Assembly (NCBI RefSeq): GCF_009914755.1
Contig: NC_060929.1
Reading direction: 5' to 3' (one strand)
Length of the DNA stretch: 64,000 bases
From: the human T2T-CHM13v2.0 reference genome, Homo sapiens
The position numbers and the translations under genes are program-made. The notes beneath the pieces were generated by a model. That model did no database searches. It worked only from the letters and a program-made list of their open reading frames with translations, and had not been told where the DNA came from. Numbering within the stretch: position 1 is the first letter of the stretch; the number at the start of each line of letters is the position of its first letter. Below, piece by piece: positions 27,484 through 40,960 of the stretch.

Positions 27484-27586
27484 TTTTTTTGTTTGTTTTT
27501 TTTAGAAGTGGAATCCTGCCATTTTGCCCAGGGTGGATTTGAACACATGACCCTCCTGCCTCAGTTTTCCGAGTAGCTGGGACTGA
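27484..27586 (-). mobile_element. Alu monomer fragment (FLAM/AluJ-like)
   Basis: T tract then TTGCCCAGGGTGG...CCTCCTGCCTCAG...GAGTAGCTGGGACT. Confidence 0.75.
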
Positions 27587-29002
27587 AAAAGCAGCGTCTC
27601 TGTTTTTGTGTTCAGAGTGACATTAACCTACTTCTGTTTAAATGAGTAAAATTGTCTTTCCATTAGATTCATTTGGTGGAGAATTTAACTTAAAATGTAA
27701 AAGTAAAGAGGAGTTAGAGGTGAGCTAGAATTTTATAGTTTAATACCATGTAAATATTGCCAACTTATTTTTTCTAATTTAATTAGAACTAATATAAAGT
27801 TAATAAGATGAAAATAAATTCATTGTTCAGAATTGTAAACATTGGAATGATAGTAAGGATCCAATGCTATTGACTTCCCTTTCTTTGAAGCAGAATAGCA
27901 TTGCTAAAAAATGATATTAATATGTCAGGAATTTAAATTTAAGGAAAAAATGACCAATAGTTTATTTCAAGATTTTTCTCCCTGTCTCAGCATGTAATCA
28001 AATATACCACACAATAATTTGAGTTGCCAACCATTAAGAAAATCATAATCACATTTAGTTAGGAGAGCATGTCGTATTCTCTTAGTTCTCCCACATACTT
28101 AAGTCATAGACATGCTCAATGAATCCTTGTTGAATTTGATTTTTTTTCACACTGCAGTCAGATACACTAAGTTTGAAGGATTTACTACACTGGAACCATT
28201 TCCAATCTAGACAGAGACCACAGGATGCCTTATATTTTAATTCCAAATAAAATGATATTCTGCATATTAAATGAGAAAGCAAATTTTCAGTTAGTTGATT
28301 AGGCAATTCTTCTAGATAGATACTTTTGAAGGCCCCACAATAGAAATATATGTATATATGAAATAGAAAAACAAACTCTATGAAAATAATGCAGTTGGAT
28401 AAGTGTTTACTTGTACTAAATATGAAATGCAAATAACTGTTGGAAACTAAATGTGTTTCTTATTTATAAATGTTACTCATGGACTCAGGAAAGAAAGTCA
28501 TAAATCTCTGAACTTTGTGTTTCCAAGAAAGAGCAAGAGCAATGTTGAACTGCTGGAATATTTCTCTTTATTTCTTGATAGAATGTTCATAATTGGATCT
28601 CATGTCCCAGGAAACCCTAATCCTATAATACATAGGTATGAATAGCAGATATGGGACTGTTTTAGTCATTTAACTAATTTTTTTAAAAAGTGAAAAAATA
28701 ATTACTAAAGGGATTGGAATCTCTCTGGAAATAATCTTGGAAGCTGTGAACAATGTAGTTGAAGTCCTCCCCAACTTTTATTCAAAATCTTTGCAGACAA
28801 ATGTATTATGTAATTTATAATTGTTTTGACCATCTGTTCTCTAGAGCACCCAAAATCAAACACATAAATATTCTGACAGAAAAACATATAGATAGTCACA
28901 CTAAGTGAAATAAATAAAAACCTTGAAGAGCCTTGAATCAGTTCTTACTGCCTTGATTTAAGTCAACTTTTGTCATCAAATGAGTTGAATAAAAACTTTC
29001 TG

Positions 29003-29690
29003 TAAGCCTGTGCTTTTAGTATCATATCAAAGAAATATTAGCAAAGATCAATATTATGAATCTTTTCCCTTATGTTTTCTTCTAGTAGTTTTATAGTTTT
29101 AAGTCTTACATTTAAGTCTTTAATCCATTTAGAGTTGATGTTTGCATATGGTAAGAATAAGGGACTAATTTCATTTCTTTTGCATGTGGATATCTAGTTT
29201 TCCCAGAATGTTTTATTGAAGAGACTGTCCTTTCCCTACTGTGTGTTCTTGGCATCTTTGTCAAAAATCAATTGATTGTTAATGCATAGATTTATTTTTG
29301 CACTCCCTATTCTGTTCCATTGGTCTATATGTCTGTCTTTATGCCATTACCATACTATTTTGATTCCTGTAGCTTTGCAATATGCTTTGAAATCAGGAAT
29401 TACGAAGCCTCCAGCTTTCTTCTTCTCTCTCAAGATTATTTTGTTTATTCAAGGTCCTTTGTTGTTACATGTGAATTTTAGGATTGTTTTTATCTATTTC
29501 TGTGAAAAATACCATAGAGATTTTGATATGGATTGCAATGACTCTATAGATCACTTTGCATAGTATGCCATTTTAACAATATTAATTCTCCCAATCCATG
29601 ACCATGAGATGCCTTTCTATTTATTTGTTCTCTTTAACTTCTTTTAGCAATGTTTTGTAGTTATTATTGCACAAGTCTTTCACGTCTTTG
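29003..29690 (-). mobile_element. L1 ORF2 fragment (inverted 5' part of an L1MA10/MB-like insertion)
   Basis: Minus strand reads KDVKDLCNNNYKTLLKEVKE at the right end and DMILKAQA at the left end. Confidence 0.85.
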
Positions 29691-29692
29691 TA

Positions 29693-30722
29693 GGACTACT
29701 AAAAACTAAAAAGTTTCTGTGCAGCAAAAGAAACAGTTAAGAGTGAAAAGGCAACCTGTACATAGAATGGTAGACATATTTGCAAACCATATATTTGATA
29801 AAGGGTTAATATTCATTATATATAAGAAACTTCTATGACTCAAAAGTAAAAAAAAAATCTAAATTACTTAATTAAAATATGAGCAAAGAGCTTGAATTGC
29901 CATTTCTCCAAAGAACACATAAAAGTGATTAACAACTATATGAAAAGATGTTCAACATCACTAATCATCAGGGAAGCACAAACTAAAACCACAGTGAGAT
30001 ATCAACTCATACATATAAAAATAAATACCATTGTAAAAATAAATAAGTAAAAAAAAACAAGTATTCATGAGGATGTGGAGAAATTGGAATGCTTGTGCAC
30101 TGTTGGTGGGAGTATGAAATGGTGATGGTGCTATGGAAAACAGTATGGAGATCCCTCAAAAAATTAAAAATAGAAGTAGCATATGATCCAGCAGTCCCAC
30201 TTCTCACTATCCAAAAGAATTGAAAACAAGATCTTAAAAATATATCTGCTCTCCCATGTTCATTGCAGCATTACTAACAATAGCTAAGATGTGGAAACAA
30301 AACAACCTAAATGTTCACTGACAGATAAATGAATAAATAAAATGTGGTATATACATACAATGGAATATTCTTCAGACTTAAAAACGAAGAAAATCCTGTC
30401 ACATATTACAACACGGACGTTATGCTACGTGAAATAAGCCAGTAACAGAAGAACAATACTGTATGATTCCATTTCCATGAGATATCTAAAATAGTCAAAT
30501 TCATAGAATCAGAAAGCGGAATAGTGGTTTCCAGAGCTGGGGTAAAGGGACATGGGCAGTTGCTATTTAACAGGTATAGATTTTTAAACATGCAAAATGA
30601 AGAAGTTCTAGAGATCTATTGCGCAGCGACGTGCATCTAGTTAACAATACTGCACTGTACACCTAAAAGGTATTAAGAGGGTAGGTCTCATATTATATGT
30701 TTTTACCACAATAATAAAAAAT
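29693..30722 (+). mobile_element. L1MA10/L1MB-like 3' part with A-rich tail
   Basis: AAACTAAAAAGTTTCTGTGCAGCAAAAGAA (KLKSFCAAKE); 3'UTR GTTCTAGAGATC...GTTAACAATACTGCACTGTACAC...ACCACAATAATAAAAA. Confidence 0.88.
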
Positions 30723-30774
30723 TCTAGTGTTTAAAGTTTTTTTAATTTTAAAATTGCAATTAAGAAATTATTGA

Positions 30775-31040
30775 TCAATTTACCAAAGTATGTTCTATAG
30801 ATATTGAGTAAAAAGGGAAAGCAGTGTTTATTGTTAAATAAGTTTGGAAAACATAAGCTTAAATAAAATTAAACAGATTCATTACAGTAGAATTTCTCAG
30901 TGATTTTTATATGCTAATGTCTTGGGAATTCCAAGAAAGATGGTATACTATGCAACATTTCCTATGCGTATCAAATCACAGAAGCTTTTTTGAAATATCT
31001 TGAAGGCCTGGTGTTTTGTAGAATGGATTTTAGAAAGGTT
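30775..31040. mobile_element. MER112-like hAT-Charlie MITE
   Basis: AAATAAGTTTGGAAAAC...TTCTCAG...TATGCTAATGT...TATGCAACATTTCC. Confidence 0.6.
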
Positions 31041-31807
31041 CTTGGAATGATGTCCAGAAAATAAAGGGACTAGTGGCCTTTTCTGGAGAGATTGGGTTCC
31101 TTATCCAGTCCCAGGCACCCATTCATTCAGAAAATACTGAAGAACATGGCTCTGTACTTGAAAACTGGCTAGGGGTGCACAGATAGAAGCAAAAGCCCCT
31201 GTCCCCAACAAAGTCACAGTCTAGTGTCAAAAGAGCCAAGAAAACAACTGAAGTAAACTTAATAATTGATATAATGGTGATAAAAAGCAAATCTTAGGAT
31301 GTGCTGTCTGATAATTAATTTTTAAAAAATCAACTCATAATGACTTAGTGTGTGATTATACTAAGTCATCTTACAGAAATGTGTATGAATCAAGCAGTTG
31401 ATTGATTAGTCCCAGAAACACAGAAAAAAGTTTATCACGTGGGCAAAATGAGGCAGTGCCCACCCAAACACCAGGGCATAGAAATCTAGCTTCAAGTAGC
31501 TGGCCCCATTGGTGATGATATGCCTAATGAAGATAAAGACATAGGAGTTTGGGACAAATAATCTCTGTCAGGATGTTTTCTAATGTCTGATGGATGTGCA
31601 TTAGTCTATTTTATCCCGGTGCCAATGAACATTTCTTTGACCAACACAACTCACCTTATTTTCAAACCATGCTCACAAAACATCATTCTGATGATGATCT
31701 GGCATGTCCTATGGTGTGCCTGTAGGAAAAGATTGTGCTGCCTAAAAAATTAGATTATTCTTATTTCTGTGTAAACTATTCATCATTGTCAGTAGGTAAA
31801 TTTGTGT

Positions 31808-31920
31808 TAAGGCTACCAACCATGCTGGCTTGCCTGGGACTGAGGGTTTTCTCCAGACACTGGACTTTCAGGGCTAAAATCAAGACTGTCCTGGACAAAA
31901 CTGGCTGAGTTGATACTCTA
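31808..31920. mobile_element. MER81 (hAT-Blackjack MITE)
   Basis: CCTGGGACTGAGGG...GGACTTTCAGGGCTAAAA; 8-bp TSD ATTTGTGT/ATTGGTGT. Confidence 0.8.
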
Positions 31921-32249
31921 ATTGGTGTTCATGTTTAAAGATTGATCTCAAGAGCATCTCAAGACCATGTCTGAGAGATGAACTCACCTTGTTGTGATGA
32001 CCAATCCAGTTTCTGAACTGGTAATACTGAGGGCGGACCCTAGCCTAAGACCAATTCACCAAAGTAATGAAGGTCACACAGCAACAAGCCTTTTTGAGAG
32101 TTACCAGCTTTGGTAGAGGCAAAATAAACAGGGGGAACTTCATGCTTCCTGATTCAGGAATTGGAAACTTCAAGAAGGAGGTTGTTTTGATCTGATGGGA
32201 CTGGAGGTATTAATACAGGGGTTTTTTCAAGCAGACATGCAAGGAGACA

Positions 32250-32880
32250 GCAATTCATTCATTAATTATCAATTCACTTATTTATTTAACAAATACAGTT
32301 AATTCAGTTTCTCAAGCATTTCTTTGAGCACATACTCTCAAACCACTCAATAAACAAAGATCAATTCCTGCTTTCATGAAGCTTATATTCTAGGGAAAGA
32401 GATAGAGAATAAAGAATAGGCAAGTACAGTAGAGTATATGTTAGATGATGGCAAGTGTTAAGAAGATAAGTGAGGCAGGAAATGAGGATGGAAGCACCTA
32501 GGAAGGTGCCATTTAAGCAAATACCTGAAGGATCTAATGAAACAAGCCATACCAATAAGACAAGAAGGAGAGTCTTGAAGAGGTCAAGGAGGGGTGAGGC
32601 CGCTGGCATGGCTAGAGATATTGAGAGAGCCGATGAAAACAAAGGCAGAGAGGAGGGGGCTTTTTTGTGGATTAAGTAGGGGATTAAACGTAATCAAAAT
32701 AAATTAGGCTTTTAATCTTGGTGAGATGGAAAGTCAATGTGGGATTAGAACAGAGAAAACAGAATGTGCAAAGGCCCTGACTAGAGAGAACCAGATAGAG
32801 GGGAATTAGAAAGAATTCCACATTTGGCTGTAGTATTGAATACTTTGGAGAATCAAGCAAGACATGGACCAGAAAGGGCC
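32250..32880 (-). mobile_element. L2 fragments
   Basis: ATTCATTCATT tail; TCCTGCTTTCATGAAGCTTATATTCTAG; TGTGCAAAGGCCCTG. Confidence 0.7.
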
Positions 32881-34214
32881 TATTGACTTTAGGAGATCCT
32901 AGGTACTTTGATCATTTCCTTGGTTTAGAGAGAAGGAAAGGCAGGTATCCATGGATGAAGCAGTTGGTGGGGCAGAGCCTCGGGTCTTGTTCAGAGGTTG
33001 CTGAGGGGCTGACGGGGCAGGCAGGAGTAAATGAAAGACTGAGAGGAGGGTTCTCTGGTCTCCATCCCGTCTCTCAACCAGTGAAGTTGTTCTTTGTGTG
33101 TATGTGTGTGTTGATGTTTCAAAAAAGATTTAATTTGAAAAAGAGTGTTCTACTGCTTGAAAAAAAAGGGGCATTAAAAACCAAAAATAGGAAGTGAGAA
33201 AATTAATACATCTAGGTGGATGAACTTTCTAAGAAAGGACTGAAAAAGGGGAGACGTAAGCAGTATGGGGATTTGAGGACAGGGTAGAAATTTTTATTTT
33301 GTTAAGATAGAGCTAGGTTAAGCTTGTTTTAGGCTGAGAAGAAAGAGCTGTTAAAGTGTAAAAGTTTGATACAAAGAACAACAGGAGGCAATGGGAAAGT
33401 GACTAAGCTCTCTTACAGCAGGTAGGAGAGCGTCGGGTCCATAGCAGACATGAATATATTTGCATTATATTTGGTTTATAAGCTATAATTCTTAAAGCTC
33501 AAGGATTTCCTTTGACTGTTTTTTTTTATGTCATTTAAGCTTCAAATAAACATTTAAATAAGCACTTTTTTTTAAAGAAAGTTGATTTTCATATCTAGTT
33601 ATTATCCTGCTACCTTTGCCAACATACCAGAATCTTTGATTATTTTTTCTCCTGTGGCGTCAACCTAGAGAGGAAGGATCTTGATTAAATATGCCAACTA
33701 TCTTTACACTCAATTTGACCAAAGGCCAACTCTTTTTATGTTTGTAATAGGAATGTACTGAACAAATTCTGAAATTCACTTTCATAAACTTTCTTTCTCT
33801 TAGACTTTCAGAGTAGGGTAAGTTTTTAAAAAGCCGAGTCACCATGTTTGTCTTTAGGGCAGACAAAAGTCTATGCACTTTTTTTTTTCTTAGACTCCCA
33901 GGTAAGGAAATTCTATAATCTACTTTAAAATCTACTCTAGCCCTTAGCAAGATTTCCAATCAAGAGGCTCCTTTTCATCACTAAACTGCTTTGCGGCTGC
34001 AGCAGATTTAGTAGATTTCCTAAGGCTTCAGAAGCAGTGGAGAGCAGCCTCCCTTGACTTGGTGTACAGAGTCAGGCCACAGAGACTTCCACTCTTACTT
34101 CCCGGGTAGCACACACAGCACAGTCAAATAAATGCCCTCCTGGATTCCTATGCCATTAGGGTATGTGCTAAAAGAGCTCACTGGAGAAAAAGCTGAAATC
34201 AATTGTGAGTTAGG

Positions 34215-34353
34215 GCTTGCTTCCCAACGTGTAGCCCAACAACGTAACATCAACACCATTGGGGATCTTGTCACCATCTTCTGAATAACAGGATCCCCTT
34301 TTAACAGGATCCACAAATGATTCTTATGGACATTAAAGTTGAGGAGCCACTGC
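34215..34353. mobile_element. MER5-family MITE
   Basis: TTTTAACAGGATCC...TGATTCTTATGGACATTAAAGTTGAGGAGCCACTG. Confidence 0.6.
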
Positions 34354-36114
34354 TTTAGATAATTCTTTTGAAATATTATATAATCAGCTTACCGGACTTC
34401 AGAATTCCTCCTTTCCCAATGGCTGGCTCTTCAGGGTGGTGTCTTTCTCTTACTCACCTTTGTATTTCTAGTGCCTAGCACAGGGCCTGGCATATGCCCC
34501 TTTGATTTCTTTTGGTGTCACAGCTTAATCCATGTTTACTGAATAAGTTGCAGAATCAGTCTAGTGTCACAGTATAATCCTACTGCCATCAGAAGAAATT
34601 CATATAAACAATTTTTCTGAATATGGCTTTTACTATAATCATTATTTTAGGCCACATATCATGAAACCAAAAATCCTACTCTAAACTGATGACCTTTTGG
34701 TTTCATCTGGGCAGAGTCTCCCTTTTGTTTTAATTCAAAGCATACCTCTATTTCCACATTCCCATTTTTCTGGGGTTCAGTTTATCTTGTGCTATTTAAT
34801 CTGTTTTTTTTTTTCAGTCTCCCACTTTCTTTTCTTCCCAAATGACTGATGCAGGTGGAGGGTGGCAATTTTTGAGTTATTTTTGTATCTTGTTTTTCCC
34901 TTTAGCTTTCATCAAGGTGACACTTTAGAGACTTAAGGTGGGTAAGTGGAAAGACAGAGAGGACTTTCTGTTTTCATCAACACCTGCAAGAGATTTTTCC
35001 CTATTCCAACAATAGCATTGATTTTACATTTTACTTGCTCTGAGCAGGATGATACACAAAGGCTTAGCATGATAGATAGTGTTTACTTATTTTTAGACCA
35101 TTTGTATTTTTCATTTCATGAGACCTCTGCCATTGCACATTTTTGATAGAAAAGTAGCAATCTTTCCTAGGAACATTTCTGCTTTGCTCTTTGACTTGTT
35201 TCCCTTCTGCTGGCAATATAGTCATACTGCAGGCTGTTCAAGGATAGAGTTCTTTGTGAAGTGATGAAGATGAATTATTCCTGCCAGACACAAAAACAGT
35301 TATTTTACTTGTTACTTAAATTGGAAAGAGACAAAGAATACTGTTCAATTTTAACTTGCCAGCAGGCGTTCAGGGAAAAGGATTTTCCTAACAACTTGGA
35401 GAATGCACTTCTAAAACATCTGTCGACATTAAAGTGAGGCTAAAGATCGGTACCAGTGCAAAGCAGAGCTCAATTTTTCTCTCCAATTTCACCAAAATCA
35501 GTAGGGAAGGCAAGGGGTGGCAGCTTTACTAATTTATTGGAGAAATGCTCGGGTGAAATGTTGGAAAGACTCTAATTGTTCATGGACTCCCATGTAAGTA
35601 TAAATTCTCTGCATTATATTTCCTATGGAGGTTACAGTGAGTAGAGAGAAGTTTTTTTGTGGTTGCCAAAATTTAGATAATAAAAGTGGGACTTCAAGAT
35701 TTAATTGAATAGCTATAGCCTTGAATCAAGAGCAAAATAGTAAAATGTCATTATAGATACGTATCAAGAAGAAAAACAATCCATGATTTCTGAAACTATA
35801 GCAGAGTTGCACTGTGCTACAAACACCCAGAGCAAACTCCCCTCAGAGACCGCCCTAAAGGACAAAATGGTTCTTAACTGGAAAAAAAAACACCTTCTGG
35901 AATGTCGGCAAAGCATGTAAATTACAGATGATTTTTTAAAATGACTCCCCAACTTTGAAACTCGTAAGCAGATCATGAACAAATGTGTTCAGCAGAACCT
36001 GTGGTATGGCCTGGCAGCAACCTCGAGAGAAGGAACTGACATATCCTTACATTTTCAAGTCATGTTTTTACTGTAGAAAAAGAAAAGTGTTGCCTATCGC
36101 CCAGTCAATGGAAG

Positions 36115-36666
36115 TGTCAGAGGTGTGTGAAGTAGAGCAACTCCATCTTGAATAGGAGCTGGGTAAAATAAGGCTGAAACCTACTGGGCTGCATTCCAGA
36201 CGGTTAAGGCATTCTGAGTCACAGGATGAGATAGGAGGTCGGCACAAGATACAGGTCATAAAGACCTTGCTGATAAAACAGGTTGCAGTAAGAAGCTGGC
36301 TAAAACCCAGCAAAATCACAATGGCCAGGAGAAGTACCTCTGGTCATCCTCACTGCTACACTCCCACCAGCGCCATGACAGTTTACAAATGCCATGGCAA
36401 CATCAGGAAGTTACCCTATATGTTCTAAAAAGGAGAGGCATGAATAATCCACCCCTTGTTTAGCATATCATCAAGAAATAACCATAAAAATGGTCAACCA
36501 GCCGCCCTCAGGGCTGCTCTGTCTATGGAGTAGCCATTCTTTTATTCCTTTACTTTCTTAATAAATTTGCTCTCACTTTACTGTATGGACTCACCCTAAA
36601 CTCTTTCTTGCACAAGATCCAAGAACCCTCTATTGGGGTCTGGATCCGGAGCCCTTTTCTGTAACA
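36115..36666 (+). mobile_element. MER41A solo LTR (ERV1)
   Basis: TGTCAGAGG...GCAACTCCATCTTGAATAGGAGCTGGG...TGTAACA, 552 bp; perfect TSD GAAG; AATAAA at 36560-36565. Confidence 0.93.
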
Positions 36667-39480
36667 GAAGATGGAAACTTGTTTTTCTTTTCATGGTTTG
36701 TGTGTTTGGTGGATGAATCAGAGGTCAGACTTGGTCAGACTCTACAGTCAGCCCTTTGGAATTAGGGATTTTTTTCCCAATAACCAAATAGTGACCAACT
36801 CTTCTCCTGGCAGTGGGAATATTAAAATTGTTCTTTTAGGCCTGGCTGATTTTCATCTTGTGATGATGTTTTAAAAAAGCAGTCCTATTGTGTTCTCTCA
36901 TAGTATCTCTCTCTCCTTGACTCCATTCAAATTGTAGGTGGTTCTCAGGAATGCTGTCTAGAGATGTGGAGACCAAGGTATATTTAGTCAAATTTTAGTA
37001 TCGACATTCGGTTAATTAGAGCTATTTGAGATTGAATGGGAGACACTATGTCAAAAAAGACTCTTAAAAGTTAAAATTCAAGCTTTGATTACTAACTCCA
37101 TGCCTATTTTCCTGAGAAGTATCTGATGTCTGCCTGAAACACTGTAATTCCTTTCTTCTTTCTTTTTTTAATCCCACTCATTCCTTTTAAAAGTTGACTT
37201 TTCTCTTTAATGCCATAGCTCAGGTGATCTATGACACATCTTCATTTCAAGGTTCATCCCTTTGTAATTCACTAGGCAAAGGAAATTCGAATCTCACAGG
37301 GACATTTATCTGTTCACGAGAAGAAAGAGGAAGAAAGGGGCCCCCTTAAGATAGTAAGGGAAGGGATTTAGGGAGAGACAAAGATATTTTTCCAGGACTT
37401 TTTTGCACCTAGATCCATTTTAAGGCCATTAATCCTTTGATATATGTTTGCAGGTAAGAGAACAAAGGAATCAAACTTGACTGCAATTGGATTCCACATG
37501 AATTATCAATTAGAGACATAAGAACATGTGATTTATAGGACTGTTTTGTAAGTGCTCCTTTGTGTAGCCTATTGACAAAGGAAGAGGAGAGATGTGCTGT
37601 GATTTCCCGGCCTTGTTCCAAAGCCCTGTTGCCAACTGCTTTCAGCTATGAATTCCCAAACAGATTTTAGCACTTACTTCCAAAACCAGATGAAGTATCA
37701 AAATAATTTCTAAAAGGCTAGTGGCAGTGCAAAGTGACAGTGACAGGGACTTACAACAGCCTTCCTGGACACCGTCCACCACCTCCCTACCAGCTGGTGC
37801 CCTGCAAGTGCATGCGTGGTGCTTTTTGCTTTCTTCTAACATAATCCTAATCGTGATGCTTTGAAATAGCCTAAGTCATTTTTTTTTCTAACTCCATTTT
37901 GAGGATGAAAGCAACTGTAACATCTTTTCTCAGGGCCTGGCATGTTTGAGGAGTTCAGTTAATATGTACTTGATAAATAAAGAAAAAACAAATAATTTGA
38001 CTAATAGAAAAAGCTTCTGAGGAAGTTAGACTTAAGAACTGTATTCAGATCACATTCAGAAGTAGAAAAGGAGAGAAAACCAAGCCTCTGCTTGAACATG
38101 CATTCGTTCATTCTACATAACAACTCCTACGAGTTTGATTCAGTGATCTATTTTGGGGGTCCTGTGGATGTGGCTATTTGGAAACCATTAAGAGGCAGTG
38201 TACCAGCTCAGGGCAAAGCTTCTCTACATGACTTGCACTAGTTACAGTCTGATAAGTCTTTCTTGGGTTAAACAAGGAGAAAGATAAGTTTTAAAGTTAC
38301 CTCTTGTACCTCTTATACCTAGAGTAAGCAATGCTTTAACATATCCTCTGATGACCTAATGAGAAAAGTAGGATCTGTTCTTTTAATATAAATCAGAACA
38401 TGTTTACTAGGCACCAACTCTTCTCTCAGCCAGACTTAAAGACATGTACAGATATATAAGAGAGTAGAAGAAACAGTTTCTGTTCCCAGAGTCAATAAAG
38501 CAGTTGGATTGGAAACATTCCTATAAACAGAGACATGATGAACCATTTACTGATAGTTCAGGGGTATTTATGCTAAATTATGTTCCTTAATACTTATATC
38601 CAAATTCACTGACATCAACTTAAAATGAAAAAGATTAATCTAAATAAAATCTTGATATATCAGAAATTTATTACTGAAGGCCAGAGACTGAGGTCTGGGG
38701 TTTTGACCAACAGGGATTGGAAACTAGAAATTAGGGCAGTTAATTAAGGTCTTTGACTGCTGACTACAGAAATTCTTAGATTGCTTGGAATTTTCAGATG
38801 ACCAAATCTTCTAAAGAGTAATAGTAAACAGCTGATCTTTATATCCAGGTCATATTTATCAGTCCTACAGCTCAATGCTGACCCCACGGGAAGGGCTGAT
38901 GAAGGTGAATAAATCAGGATACAAACAGCCAAGAGAAAATCTGTAAATACAGAGGTGCTTCTCTCTTGCCCCAAAAACTTTTCCCTGTTCTACTCCCATC
39001 AGTCAACCTTCTCTGTATTCTATGAGATCCTAAACCATTAGAATCCTAGGCTTTGTTTTCTCCTTTCTCATTTGTCATATTATTTGACAAGGCGGCACAC
39101 TCAATTTTCCAACCTTTTTATTGTCTTTTGTTCAACAGTGCTACATTCTAGCCTGGGTCTCAAAATCCTTCTCCTTGCTTTGCTTTCTCTAGGCTGCTGC
39201 CCTTCTTGCTAATTTTTTGATCTTCTCAACTGTACAAAGGTCATCTGTCTGTTGCACTATCCAAGTCAATTTGTGCAGTGAGTAAAGACGCAGAGTCTCT
39301 GTTAGAGCTCTCAGGTTTCTGTGTTCAAGAATGCTGGGCCAGTAGGCTGTCTTTTAGAGTGAGACAGTGAAGCAAATAATTCCCCAGGATGTTTTCTGAG
39401 ATTCCATTGTTAAACTCCAGTTTTTCATTAATGGCTCTAAATGGTCATTATTGCAATTAAAAAAATTTTTCCCTGTGGTT

Positions 39481-39510
39481 ATGTGTGTGTGTGTGCACGC
39501 ATGTGTGTGT
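39481..39510. repeat. Imperfect (TG)n
   Basis: Read directly. Confidence 0.8.
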
Positions 39511-40149
39511 AGGGCCAGAGTAGTGCATTGGGGATATGAGATTTGAGGGTGAGAACTTTGCCTTGAAGATTTTTAGGTTCTGAAGGCAAAATCTAAAATT
39601 AAGGGATCTTACAGGAAAGAAAAACTATAGAAGGCAACCATAAGTTATAGATTTCTGGGGCAATCCAGTATTCATTTGTGATTCACTCAATACACATTTA
39701 CTGAGACCTTATCTGCACCAGTCACCCTAGACATTGAGCAGTAAGATGCATGCCCTACCCTGAAGATGCAACTGTTTCCAGACAAACAGCCTATTCAATA
39801 TGATGCAATGACTTCTGTAGTGGAAATATTTGCAAAATACTGTAGTAGCGTAAGCATTAGATTGTAAACTGATTGAGGGCAGAGCCTGGGTCAAATTTAC
39901 CTTTGTGACCTCAGCATCTAGCTCAGGTTTTGGCACATAGTACATGCTTGATTTATATTTAATGATTGATTGAATGAATAAATATTTTCCCCTATGTGTC
40001 TGCCTATATCAACCATTTCTCTCCTGTTATTCTGATACATGGCTTCCCATTTTGATATGCAGCTTTTTGTCTGTGAGAGTGCTTTACCAATGTTTTGTAT
40101 GTCTACTATATTCCAGTCTTTATTGGGCACCTACTTTTATATCAATGAT

Positions 40150-40245
40150 ACTCATTGATGAATAACATGTACATATATCAAAACATCTCACTATACCCCA
40201 TGAATATATACAATTATTTGTCTATTAAAACATATATTTTAAAAA
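40150..40245 (+). mobile_element. L1MA-type extreme 3' end
   Basis: TACATATATCAAAACATCTCACTATACCCCATGAATATATACAATTA. Confidence 0.7.
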
Positions 40246-40714
40246 ACCAATAGTTTTTAGATGCCACGTGCTTCAGGTGACTTTCACACGTTAAGTCTCA
40301 CATTTGGTTGGGATGACATAAGAAGTCAAAAGGAACTAATTCCCTGTACCTTGGGTCACTTTTTAAAAGGAAAAAAATAAAGAAAACAAACCCAAATTCC
40401 AGTGTCATTAATGCCAATGTAAAGTGAAGCTTTTTCCTTGATGAAAGGGCCATGTATTTTGGGTCACATAACAAAGAGCAACATTCTATCCTTCCCCTGA
40501 TTTTGAAATTATAAAATATTTCTTCTGTGTTTTATAAATACAGAAGACTAGACACAGTATAAGTAATAACAAAATGATCATCACGTCAGCTTAGACACGG
40601 CAAATGTGTCCTGCATAGCCCATCTCCCTCCCTCTGGGCCTCTGCTTCATTGCGTGGCCTTCCTCCTACTCAAGGGCACTCAGTACTCTGCAGGTGGAGC
40701 ATGGAAGATGAGTC

Positions 40715-40960
40715 CTGGTGTACTTATAAATGGAAAACCATAGAGTAGCAAAATAGAATAAATGGTCACTTCATACACGCACATGACTGACTCTCAGAAA
40801 CACACTGTCAAATAAATAAAACAAGTCACAGAATATACATAATATGACACCATTTACATTAGCTCAAATTTCAAAATCATATAAAATGTAATCATATGTC
40901 ATTTGGAGATGCTTAAACAAGCAGTAAAATGATAATGAAAAACAGGAAATAATCATTTTT
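40715..40960 (+). mobile_element. Old L1ME-like 3' fragment
   Basis: CAAGTCACAGAATATACATAATATGACACCATTTACAT..AGCTCAAA. Confidence 0.55.

Noticed and set aside
35756-35920. Protein-looking frame DTYQEEKQSMISETIAELHC
   Set aside because: Weak acceptor, no donor, no recognised homology
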